From NCBI RefSeq assembly GCF_003018255.1, contig NZ_CP027440.1: 64,000 nucleotides of DNA; one strand, written 5' to 3'. Each line of letters begins with the position of its first letter. Position 1 is the stretch's first letter. Source of the stretch: Escherichia coli (GTDB lineage Bacteria > Pseudomonadota > Gammaproteobacteria > Enterobacterales > Enterobacteriaceae). Below, in pieces: positions 25,088-33,620 of the stretch. The notes beneath the pieces are model-generated. The model saw only the letters and a program-made list of their open reading frames with translations. It was not told where the DNA came from and did no database searches. Both the position numbers and the translations under genes were made by a program.

Positions 25088-25579
25088 ATGGGTAAAAAAA
25101 CAGCACCGTTACTCCCTTATACGAATCAGATGCTTAGTGAATTTGGTGAGCGGCTGAAACTTGCTCGTTTACGACGCAGGCTTACCGCAAAGCAAGTTGC
25201 TGAACGTGCTGGGATGTCGCCAATAACATTGCGCTCTCTGGAGTCAGGAAGTGCAGGGGTCACGATAGGGGCATATTTGTCTGTGATGCAGGTTTTGGGC
25301 CTGGAAACGGATTTAAATAAGCTTGCAGCTGAAGACGACTTAGGGCGTCAGCTCCAGGATTCCCGTTTGATTAAAAAAAGAGGGCTTTCTCGTGCATCAA
25401 GTAAGAATGAAGAAGGTTCTCAGACAGCCTCATTGCAGATGAGGCACGAGAAAGAAGGTCATCTCACCACGGATTTAACAGCACTGGCAGAAGGCTCGAC
25501 GCCATCTATTACAGGAGAAACATCAACCTCTCTTGCAGCACTATTAAAACCGATAAAAAAACCGTTAAAAGGAAATTAA
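25088..25579 (+). CDS. XRE-family HTH protein, HipB-like putative antitoxin with long C-terminal extension
   Basis: 163 aa; HTH_XRE signature around [32 protein letters not shown]; Ser/Thr/Glu-rich low-complexity C-terminal ~75 aa; stop 25577-25579 is 2 bp before the kinase ATG. Confidence 0.75.
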   Translation: MGKKTAPLLPYTNQMLSEFGERLKLARLRRRLTAKQVAERAGMSPITLRSLESGSAGVTIGAYLSVMQVLGLETDLNKLAAEDDLGRQLQDSRLIKKRGLSRASSKNEEGSQTASLQMRHEKEGHLTTDLTALAEGSTPSITGETSTSLAALLKPIKKPLKGN

Positions 25580-25581
25580 TT

Positions 25582-26850
25582 ATGGCATTAATCGGAGTGT
25601 ATGCGGATTGGGAAGGCCTGGATGGTCCGGAGCGGATTGGTTATTTACACAGTCGCCGCACTCGGACGCGTGAGATATTTGAGTTTGAGTACGATAAAAA
25701 GGCGCTTGCAGATCCTTCACTTAATTTCATTCAGTTAGATCCTGAAATAATGTTGTATGAGGGAGCACACTACCCAATTCCTCCAAAGGATAAATTTGGT
25801 GCATTTAGTGATTCCTGCCCGGATCGTTGGGGGCGTATGCTAATGAAGCGTCGTTTTGAGAGGGATATTCGAGACGGGTTATGTGATAAAGACTCCCACC
25901 TTTATGAGTCTGATTATCTACTAGGTGTTCATGATCTTTATCGGGTTGGGGCCCTTCGATACAAACGTGAAGACGCTGGAGAGTTTCTTGATAATCGCAT
26001 TGATGTTGCAGCCCCACCATTTACCGAAATAGCGAGTCTGGAAAGGGCTAGCCGGGCAATTGAAGAAGATCCTGATAATAAAGAGCTAATGGGGCAAAAA
26101 TGGTTAAGAATGCTAATCGCTCCGGGGGGATCATTAGGGGGGGCACGTCCGAAAGCCAGTGTTGTTGATGAAGCTGGGCATCTCTACATCGCTAAATTTC
26201 CCAGTGTAAAAGATGAGTATGATGTTGGTGGATGGGAAATGGCCGTTAATGCACTTGCTGTTGGCTGTGGACTGAATGTTGCACCTGCTCAGGCGCATAA
26301 ATTTGCCAGCAATTACCATTGTTTTATGGTTCGTCGTTTTGACCGCACTAATGCGGGAAGGCGTCTGCATTTTGCTTCGGCTATGACACTAACCAGGCAT
26401 CAGGATGGTGAAGATGCCTCTACAGGTGTGAGTTATCTGGAATTAGCAGATGTTCTTATCAGGCATGGCGCGCAGACTAATACTGATCTTAAGGAACTCT
26501 GGTCCAGGATTGTTTTTAATATTCTTGTTTCTAATACCGATGATCATTTACGCAATCATGGATTTATCTTGATACCAGGAAAAGGTTGGCGGCTTTCTGA
26601 GGCATATGATTTGAATCCTGTGGTCAGGTCTGATGGTTTAAAACTCAATATTACGGAAAATGACAATGCACTTGATTTGGAATTAGCTAGAGAAGTTGCA
26701 GAGTATTTTCGACTTAGTTTGACGGAAGCTGATGACATTATTGCTAATTTTAGAGGGATTGTCAGTCAGTGGCGAATCATTGCCGAGCGTCTGAGATTAC
26801 CTGGTCGTGAGCAAGAGTTAATGGCAGAGGCATTCAGAGCGTCAATTTAG
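25582..26850 (+). CDS. HipA-family serine/threonine kinase (putative type II toxin)
   Basis: 422 aa; Gly-rich loop GGSLGGARPKAS, catalytic-loop motif NTDDHLRNHG and HipA_C-like C-terminus (DLNPVV...); aaggaa RBS upstream of ATG. Confidence 0.8.
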   Translation: MALIGVYADWEGLDGPERIGYLHSRRTRTREIFEFEYDKKALADPSLNFIQLDPEIMLYEGAHYPIPPKDKFGAFSDSCPDRWGRMLMKRRFERDIRDGLCDKDSHLYESDYLLGVHDLYRVGALRYKREDAGEFLDNRIDVAAPPFTEIASLERASRAIEEDPDNKELMGQKWLRMLIAPGGSLGGARPKASVVDEAGHLYIAKFPSVKDEYDVGGWEMAVNALAVGCGLNVAPAQAHKFASNYHCFMVRRFDRTNAGRRLHFASAMTLTRHQDGEDASTGVSYLELADVLIRHGAQTNTDLKELWSRIVFNILVSNTDDHLRNHGFILIPGKGWRLSEAYDLNPVVRSDGLKLNITENDNALDLELAREVAEYFRLSLTEADDIIANFRGIVSQWRIIAERLRLPGREQELMAEAFRASI

Positions 26851-26947
26851 AATAGTTATTTCGATATATTCGCTAAATCATAAATTTGCGAAGCAATGCC
26901 AGTAGATACTGAACGTTTTGGAAGAGACGTTTAATTTATGAGAAAAA

Positions 26948-26982
26948 TAGAAACGCTACAAAGCTAAATTATAGCGTTTCTA
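26948..26982. terminator. Bidirectional hairpin between the HipA-like gene and the convergent MFS gene
   Basis: tagaaacgct ... agcgtttcta inverted repeat (10-bp stem, ~15-nt loop) in an AT-rich context. Confidence 0.5.
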
Positions 26983-26992
26983 TGTAAAATAA

Positions 26993-28270
26993 TTAGCTTG
27001 TCGCTAACTGTACTTGTGGTTCTTCGTCTTTAACTTTGATAAGCATCCACAGCGCAATGGCGCCAATAATGTCAAAGAAAGCCAGGGCAATAAAGAACGG
27101 CGCGAAGCCAATAATGTGAACGAATGCCCCGATAAACAGGTTGAAAATCAACTGACCGCTCCATGCACAGGCTCCTGCCATACCCACAGCGGTAGCTACT
27201 TCGTCTTTTTTGAATAGGTCACCGCCCAGAGTTGCTGCAACAGTAGAAAGACATTGATGCGAGAATGCGCCAATGCTAATCAGTAATACGGCGATGTAGG
27301 GATTTTCGACAATACTCACCAGACCAATCGTCATCATAATGACGGCTGCAATAGTGAAGGTAATTCTTCGTGAGTTAATTAAACTCACGCCGCGATCGTG
27401 GAAGAACTTCGCGACAAAACCACTGGCTAAACAGCCGAGATCGCCCAGCAGGAAAGGTAGCCAGACGAACATGGCAATTTCTTTCAGGCTAAAATGCAGC
27501 GTTTCGACGAAGAAAATCGGTACCCAGAAGTTAATGGTTCCCCATGCCGGGTCAGCGAGAAAACGCGCGATGCCAATCCCCCAGAAATTACGTTGGCTGA
27601 GGATATGCTTGATTGACGTTTTTTCTTTCTTATCTGTTTTAAGATGCTGTTCTTGCCCAGACTCAATATAGTGGCGCTCTTCATCAGAAAGGCGTTTAGC
27701 ATCTTTTGGATCTTTATAACAAAAGAACCAAAATAAAGCCGCGAGTAAAGCAAGGCTACCTGAGACAATAAACGCAAATTGCCAGCTATGAAACATAATG
27801 CACCAGGCAATCAACGGTGGAGCAAGCATCGCGCCGAGTGAGGTGCCCATATTGAAAACACCTGTCGCCACGCCACGCTCTTTTGCCGGGAACCATGTTG
27901 ATGCGGTTTTTACACCCGCAGGAATTGCCGATGCTTCGCTGAAACCCATCAGGGCGCGCATAAATGCCAGACCTGACCATGTTCCTGTCAAGGCATGCCC
28001 CATTGTCGCCAGGCCCCAGATTGCGGCACATATCGCAAAACTTAACTTCAGACCCACGGTATCAATAAAGAAGCCCATTATCGGTTGCCCCAATGTATAG
28101 GCCAACTGGAATGCACTGACAATCCATGAATATTGTTCTTTGGTTATTCCGGTTGTCTCCATAATCGTTGGAGCCGCAATACCTAACGCCGTTCTGTCCA
28201 GATAATTGATTACAGTGATAAAGCATACGAGGGCAATCATATGCCATCGATAATTCTTTATTTTATTCAT
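26993..28270 (-). CDS. MFS transporter, anion:cation symporter family (ExuT/hexuronate-transporter-like)
   Basis: 425 aa, 12-TM-like hydrophobicity; MNKIKNYRWHMIALVCF...WFPAKERG...KEIAMFVWLP resembles ExuT/DgoT-type sugar-acid transporters as recalled from memory. Confidence 0.8.
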   Translation of the reverse strand: MNKIKNYRWHMIALVCFITVINYLDRTALGIAAPTIMETTGITKEQYSWIVSAFQLAYTLGQPIMGFFIDTVGLKLSFAICAAIWGLATMGHALTGTWSGLAFMRALMGFSEASAIPAGVKTASTWFPAKERGVATGVFNMGTSLGAMLAPPLIAWCIMFHSWQFAFIVSGSLALLAALFWFFCYKDPKDAKRLSDEERHYIESGQEQHLKTDKKEKTSIKHILSQRNFWGIGIARFLADPAWGTINFWVPIFFVETLHFSLKEIAMFVWLPFLLGDLGCLASGFVAKFFHDRGVSLINSRRITFTIAAVIMMTIGLVSIVENPYIAVLLISIGAFSHQCLSTVAATLGGDLFKKDEVATAVGMAGACAWSGQLIFNLFIGAFVHIIGFAPFFIALAFFDIIGAIALWMLIKVKDEEPQVQLATS

Positions 28271-28362
28271 TTTTAAACCTTTTAATTATATTAATAAACC
28301 CTGGTTGTTGGTATTTCCATGTAATAGGCAATAAAAATCAGGTACAGAGGAAATATTGAAAA

Positions 28363-30435
28363 TTATTGTGTGTAAATGTCTCCCTTTAAAAAATCTGGCC
28401 AGTTTTTTTCAAAGTAAATACCGTTAATACACGGTTGCATACGTAAAGACTTTACTTCGGTAATAAAAGAACCTTGCGAATATTGAATTGTTAATTTGTG
28501 ATTTTTGTCTTCAGCGAGTTCAGAGCGAAAACGCCATTCTTCTTTTGCGCCGCGACGAGTTTGTGGTAGGCATTTGCCTTGTGGATCAATAACCATACGC
28601 GCCCCACGGCTACCACCACCAGCATCAATATAATGCGTTAATTGTGTTAATACCGCGGCAGAAGTCAGCGCCATATGCCGCCACATAAACAGCTCGGCAA
28701 CTTCACCCACATGTTTGATTGCCAATCCATGCCGTTGGACAAATTCGTTCAATAGCAGGGCATCACGAGTGGCACGTCGGACTTTATCGGCATGGCAAAT
28801 AAATCCCGCATAGTCAGACATTCGTGCCTGAATTTTTTCTCTCACAACCGACAACGGCATCCCGGTCCCGTTATCGTGCGCCTGAGTAATGATCTCTCTT
28901 ATAGAAGCCAGTGCCGGAGCTACCAGCTGTGCTATATCTCCATCAATATTACGTTTTTGCGTGCAACCAATAAAACGTGCCAGACGAACAGCAAAAACCT
29001 GCCCGGCATTCAATGCCGCACCACCAGGGCGAGTGACGCCGTGTGTGCCAGCAACTTCCCCCACGGCGAAACAGCCGGGCAGGGAGGTTTGTCCCCAGAT
29101 ATCCACTTCAATGCCGCCATTCATATGCTGATTATTCATGGCAAACTGCAAAGGCTGTGTGGTGAGATCGTAACCGTGCATCTTATACAGCGAGATAGAC
29201 AGCGGATTCATTCGTTGCAGCCGTTCGATGGGCGATGGTGCCAGAGCGTCGTTATTTTCCAGATACGCGCGAACGTCGTCGTCCAGTCGATCTAATGAGA
29301 AGGGCAGGTCACCCGGCACCGCTTCAGGATTGCGATTGAAATCCATAAATACCTGACGCCCTGATTGCTGCTCTTGCGCTACAGCCATATCTAACAAGCT
29401 GGAGCCAAACTCCATTACCCGAGTGGCGTGGAACGGCCACTGATAGCCTTTACGAAAAATGTTTGAAGCCAGCTCCTGGGTGGTGCGATAGTAATCCGCG
29501 AGGAAGTTATACTCGTTGCCCCCGGCATCCACGGAATAGATATGTGGGATCACCTGCACATAGGTGCCGGACAAATTCCACGGAAACGTGCTGCGCGGTG
29601 TGCCTATACCAAACTGGCTTTCAGTCAAATTGGTTAGCGTCAGACCTTCTTCCAGCGCCAGCCCCAGCGAGCCGAAACATTTGTGTGGGTACACACTGTC
29701 GCGATAAAGCTCGCCAGGCCCTCCTGTTGCCAGTACCACATTGGGCGCAATCACAATTGCCAGCCCCCATGGGTTATGGACGCGATGACCGGTCGCGAGG
29801 ATAGCCCCCGCCACGCGGTCTTCGCCGTTTTCGTCACGCTGATGCAGCAGTTTAATCACTGTTGCACTGGTCAACATTGGGATAGCAAGACGCTGTACTT
29901 CTTCCAGCAGCACTTTCACCATTAACCTTGAGGTACGTGGCCCACACGAGGTTGCACGCCCGGCTTCGTCATGGTCGGTTTGATAACGAAGAATCGCACC
30001 ATAGCGATCTTCCGGTAATTCCAGACCAAGATATTGCAACCCGCCAAGAGTGTGCAGAGAACCTACCGCTTCGACATAAGCAGTGTCGTGATCCATCGCC
30101 CCACCACTCGCCAGTGCCTCTGCCAGTTTGGTGAAGTTGTCGCCGTTGCCCGCGGTAGCGGCGGTAAACAGCGTCTGTTTATCGGAACCGGAGCAGGCCG
30201 ATGTTCCCATGTATAACCCGGCGGTGGCGATTAACACATTTTGCTGGCGGCGTTTAAGTTCCACAGCTGCACGCAGCCCGGCTGCACCACTGCCGACTAC
30301 CAGGGCATCTGTTTGCCAAAGTGGGTAATCAACACCGTCTACCGTGACAACCCATGCGGGTTCTGCCTGTGCAAAACCCTTTGGGAAAGTAACGTGCGTC
30401 AGCGCATCAAGGATGGTGTCATCAAGCTGACTCAT
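28363..30435 (-). CDS. FAD-dependent oxidoreductase (succinate dehydrogenase/fumarate reductase flavoprotein-like superfamily)
   Basis: 690 aa; N-terminal Rossmann dinucleotide motif VVGSGAAGLRAAVEL; start ATG overlaps the stop of the upstream CoA-transferase gene (ATGA). Confidence 0.7.
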   Translation of the reverse strand: MSQLDDTILDALTHVTFPKGFAQAEPAWVVTVDGVDYPLWQTDALVVGSGAAGLRAAVELKRRQQNVLIATAGLYMGTSACSGSDKQTLFTAATAGNGDNFTKLAEALASGGAMDHDTAYVEAVGSLHTLGGLQYLGLELPEDRYGAILRYQTDHDEAGRATSCGPRTSRLMVKVLLEEVQRLAIPMLTSATVIKLLHQRDENGEDRVAGAILATGHRVHNPWGLAIVIAPNVVLATGGPGELYRDSVYPHKCFGSLGLALEEGLTLTNLTESQFGIGTPRSTFPWNLSGTYVQVIPHIYSVDAGGNEYNFLADYYRTTQELASNIFRKGYQWPFHATRVMEFGSSLLDMAVAQEQQSGRQVFMDFNRNPEAVPGDLPFSLDRLDDDVRAYLENNDALAPSPIERLQRMNPLSISLYKMHGYDLTTQPLQFAMNNQHMNGGIEVDIWGQTSLPGCFAVGEVAGTHGVTRPGGAALNAGQVFAVRLARFIGCTQKRNIDGDIAQLVAPALASIREIITQAHDNGTGMPLSVVREKIQARMSDYAGFICHADKVRRATRDALLLNEFVQRHGLAIKHVGEVAELFMWRHMALTSAAVLTQLTHYIDAGGGSRGARMVIDPQGKCLPQTRRGAKEEWRFRSELAEDKNHKLTIQYSQGSFITEVKSLRMQPCINGIYFEKNWPDFLKGDIYTQ

Positions 30436-31973
30436 GCATCCTCCATCGGCGTAAACAGGCTACTTTCCATCAGGCGTGGGTGCTTGATAATTGGACGGAA
30501 AGCCATATACGGCAGAATGTCGCGCTCAATCTCCACACCCGGCGCGATTTCAATTAATTCAACGCCTTCTGCCGTTAACTGGAATACTGCGCGTTCAGTG
30601 ATATACAGCACTTCCTGACCACTTTGCTGTGCGTAGGCGGCGCTAAAAGTGATTTTTTCCACTTGGGTAACCAGTTTAGGGATTTGACCTGACTGGGCGA
30701 TATGCAGGCCATCAGGCGTTACATCAATCTTGCTGCCTTTGGCGTCAAACGTACCGCAGAACACCACTTTACGGGCGTTTTGCGCAATTTCGAGGAAGCC
30801 GCCGGGGCCAATGAGATTGCCATTGAGATGGGATACGTTGACGTTACCGTACCGATCCATCTCTCCCATGCCGAGGAAGGTGATATCGATACCGCCGCCA
30901 CTGTAGAATTCGAATTGATCGAGTGATGGAATAATGGCGTCGGCGTTACGGGCGCAGCCGAACAGAGCATCATCCAGCATCATGCCGTTATGTACGCCTT
31001 GCTCGACGCTCATCCATAAACTTTGATAAGGCACGCCTTCGCGCAGCGCAACCCCAGGAATACCGCCCGGAATACCAAAGCCAAAGTTGGTTGAAGCGCC
31101 TGCCACCAGTTCCCGTGCTGCCCGACGGGCAATCAGGCGACGCACCGGATGACTAACCAGTTCAATAGCGTCGTTAGAACTTAGACGGCGATGTTGACCG
31201 CTGATCGTCAGGTCGTAACCGCCAAGATAGGTTTGCGGTTGTTCGCGGTGTTCAACGATACCATCGACCAGAATCCCCGGTAGCTTGACCTTGCGAGGTT
31301 CAATGGCGCCAGCTTCCAGTACATCGCGCACCTGTACAAACACTTTGCCGCCACTGTTGTGTGCTGCCAGCGCCATCGAATAGCTATCCATATCAATCGC
31401 TTCTTCTTCGAGGCTAACGTTGCCACGCGGATCGGCATAGGTGCCGCGCAAAATCGCGTAGTCCACTTTGAAAGGGCGATAGCGGAGTTTGGTTTCACCG
31501 TCGATTTCAATCAGTTCTACCAGGTCGTCGGTCGTGCATTCATTCGACTTACCGCCACCATTGCGTGGATCAACAAACGATCCCAGCCCAACGTGGGTAA
31601 AAAGCCCCGGACGTCCGGCACCGATCTCCCGCAGCAGTGCCTGAATTACGCCACCAGGGAAACAGTAGGCTTCAATAGCATTGCTTTTCACCAGTTCCTG
31701 CATCTTGGGCGACCAGGTAAAATGTCCGGCAATAATGCGTTTGAGCATTTCGGCGTGAGCAAAACGGTTAGTGCCTTTGCTGTCGCGATCGCCAATACCC
31801 AGCGAGTGGATTAATGTCAGATCGCGCGGGTGTCCGGTTTGCAGGAAACGCGCTTCAATGGCGGCCATAATATGGTCAGCTTCCACCATACCGCCGCCGT
31901 TACCGCTAATGGCAATGGTTGCGCCGTCCTGAATTTGCGCCGCCAGTGTCTCGGCGGTTGATAACTTACGCAT
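30432..31973 (-). CDS. Family I CoA-transferase, fused alpha/beta subunits (YdiF-like acyl-CoA:acetate CoA-transferase)
   Basis: 513 aa; GSFVDPRNGGGK and YITERAVFQLTAEGVELIEIAPGVEIERDIL closely parallel YdiF motifs as recalled from memory. Confidence 0.75.
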   Translation of the reverse strand: MRKLSTAETLAAQIQDGATIAISGNGGGMVEADHIMAAIEARFLQTGHPRDLTLIHSLGIGDRDSKGTNRFAHAEMLKRIIAGHFTWSPKMQELVKSNAIEAYCFPGGVIQALLREIGAGRPGLFTHVGLGSFVDPRNGGGKSNECTTDDLVELIEIDGETKLRYRPFKVDYAILRGTYADPRGNVSLEEEAIDMDSYSMALAAHNSGGKVFVQVRDVLEAGAIEPRKVKLPGILVDGIVEHREQPQTYLGGYDLTISGQHRRLSSNDAIELVSHPVRRLIARRAARELVAGASTNFGFGIPGGIPGVALREGVPYQSLWMSVEQGVHNGMMLDDALFGCARNADAIIPSLDQFEFYSGGGIDITFLGMGEMDRYGNVNVSHLNGNLIGPGGFLEIAQNARKVVFCGTFDAKGSKIDVTPDGLHIAQSGQIPKLVTQVEKITFSAAYAQQSGQEVLYITERAVFQLTAEGVELIEIAPGVEIERDILPYMAFRPIIKHPRLMESSLFTPMEDA

Positions 31974-31982
31974 ACAATTTCC

Positions 31983-32759
31983 TTATTGATTGTGGAAGCT
32001 CACGCCGGCTTTTTCGGCAAATGCGTGCGTCGCCTGCTGGCAATCCTGAGTGGCGGACATTAATCCAGCCAGTAACTGGTGGGAGTAATCGGCGTGTTTA
32101 TTTTCCAGCGCCAGAATCAGTTGCTTAATATGTGCCAGTGCCACCGGACCACATTTTTCCAGCTGCGCTAACTGGTTCGCCATCCAGCTTTCCACCTGTT
32201 CTTTTTCTACCACTTCATCAATTAAATTCGCCACCTGGGCTTCCTGCGCCGTCAGGCGTTTACCCAGCATCAGCATCTGGCGACCGACCACCGGGCCAAC
32301 CTGATTAAGCACGCGTTCAATGCCCATCCAGCCAGGCACCATGCCGAGCATCACTTCCGGGTTAGAGAATTTCGCGCCGGGGCGAGCGATACGAATATCG
32401 CAGCACAAGGCAAGTTCAATACCGCCACCGATGGTATGACCGTTGAGATTCGCAACGGTTAATTGGGGTAAGTTGCGCAGGCGATTAAAAACCTCGTTAC
32501 CGCGTTTAATCCATTTTCTGCCCATATCTAATGGCGAATAGGCCGACCACGATTTAATATCGCCGCCCGCACAAAAGAATTTATCGCCGGTTGCCGTTAA
32601 TTCGACTAATCGTAATGTGGTGTCGTTTTCAATTTCATTTAAATAATGGTCGAGAGATTCGATCATTTCTTCATTAATAGCATGACATTTATCTTCACGG
32701 TTCAATGTCAGGCGGCAAGAAGCCGCCGCTCTGCTGAACAGAACGGGTTGGTCACTCAT
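31983..32759 (-). CDS. Enoyl-CoA hydratase/isomerase (crotonase-fold) protein
   Basis: 258 aa; crotonase-like oxyanion-hole region (FFCAGGDIK ... GHTIGGGIELALCCDIRIA). Confidence 0.75.
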   Translation of the reverse strand: MSDQPVLFSRAAASCRLTLNREDKCHAINEEMIESLDHYLNEIENDTTLRLVELTATGDKFFCAGGDIKSWSAYSPLDMGRKWIKRGNEVFNRLRNLPQLTVANLNGHTIGGGIELALCCDIRIARPGAKFSNPEVMLGMVPGWMGIERVLNQVGPVVGRQMLMLGKRLTAQEAQVANLIDEVVEKEQVESWMANQLAQLEKCGPVALAHIKQLILALENKHADYSHQLLAGLMSATQDCQQATHAFAEKAGVSFHNQ

Positions 32760-32768
32760 GATTATTCC

Positions 32769-33611
32769 TTAGCAATAATGTGCGATGCGATCGACGCTAA
32801 TATCCAGCGTGCTGTTAATATCTTTCTGCCACCAGTACGGTGAGAATATTTCCAGTTCAATAGCGCCATTAAATCCGGCGTTTTCAACCAGCCGACGAAT
32901 TGACGGAATATTGATGACACCATCTCCCGGCATTCCACGGTCATTGACCAGATCGGTGGTCGGCACTAACCAGTCGGAAACATGAAACGCGAGGATGCGT
33001 TTTCCGGCACGCAGGATCTGACTGGCGAGATCCGGGTCCCACCAGACATGGTAGACATCTACCGCCACGCCGAGGCCAAATTCGCCATCGGGATCGAGTT
33101 CATCACACCAGTCCAGCGCCTGACGTAACGTGCACAGACAAGAACGATCGGCAGCAGTCATCGGGTGCAGTGGCTCCAGTGCAATTGGCACGCCGACCTC
33201 TTTCGAATGTGGCAGCAACTGGCGAATCCCTTGTTTCACCTGTTCCCGTGCTTCGTACAGATCTTTTGTTCCCATTGGCAGACCGCCAACCACCTGCATG
33301 TAACAGGCGGCATTTAGCACAGCGGCATCGTCCAGCGCCCGGCGGTTATCATCAATCGCCAGCTTGCGCTCCGCCAGCGTCGGTGCGGTGTAGTAGGTGC
33401 TACGGCACAAACCGGAAACGTTTATGTTACTGGCAGCAAGCTGGCGGGCGATTTGCTGGAGATCTTCACCCTGCAACTCCCTGCGCCAGGGGGCAATGGC
33501 GCCAATACCGCGTGCGGCGCAGGCATCAATAATGGCGGGTAGCGGCGTTTTATAGCCCAGTGTCGCGGTATTGATACTGAATAAATCCGGGCGTTGTAAC
33601 AGATCTCTCAT
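32769..33611 (-). CDS. Xylose-isomerase-like TIM-barrel protein (sugar phosphate isomerase/epimerase or dehydratase family)
   Basis: 280 aa; AP-endonuclease-2/xylose-isomerase-like TIM-barrel pattern, same fold family as UlaE/IolE; function inferred from family only. Confidence 0.6.
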   Translation of the reverse strand: MRDLLQRPDLFSINTATLGYKTPLPAIIDACAARGIGAIAPWRRELQGEDLQQIARQLAASNINVSGLCRSTYYTAPTLAERKLAIDDNRRALDDAAVLNAACYMQVVGGLPMGTKDLYEAREQVKQGIRQLLPHSKEVGVPIALEPLHPMTAADRSCLCTLRQALDWCDELDPDGEFGLGVAVDVYHVWWDPDLASQILRAGKRILAFHVSDWLVPTTDLVNDRGMPGDGVINIPSIRRLVENAGFNGAIELEIFSPYWWQKDINSTLDISVDRIAHYC

Positions 33612-33620
33612 GATTCAGCC

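Noticed and set aside
25130-25579. Alternative downstream start (Met15, ATG 25130) for the HipB-like ORF
   Set aside because: No better RBS than at 25088 and it would truncate sequence preceding the HTH; kept the longest ORF but flagged start uncertainty.
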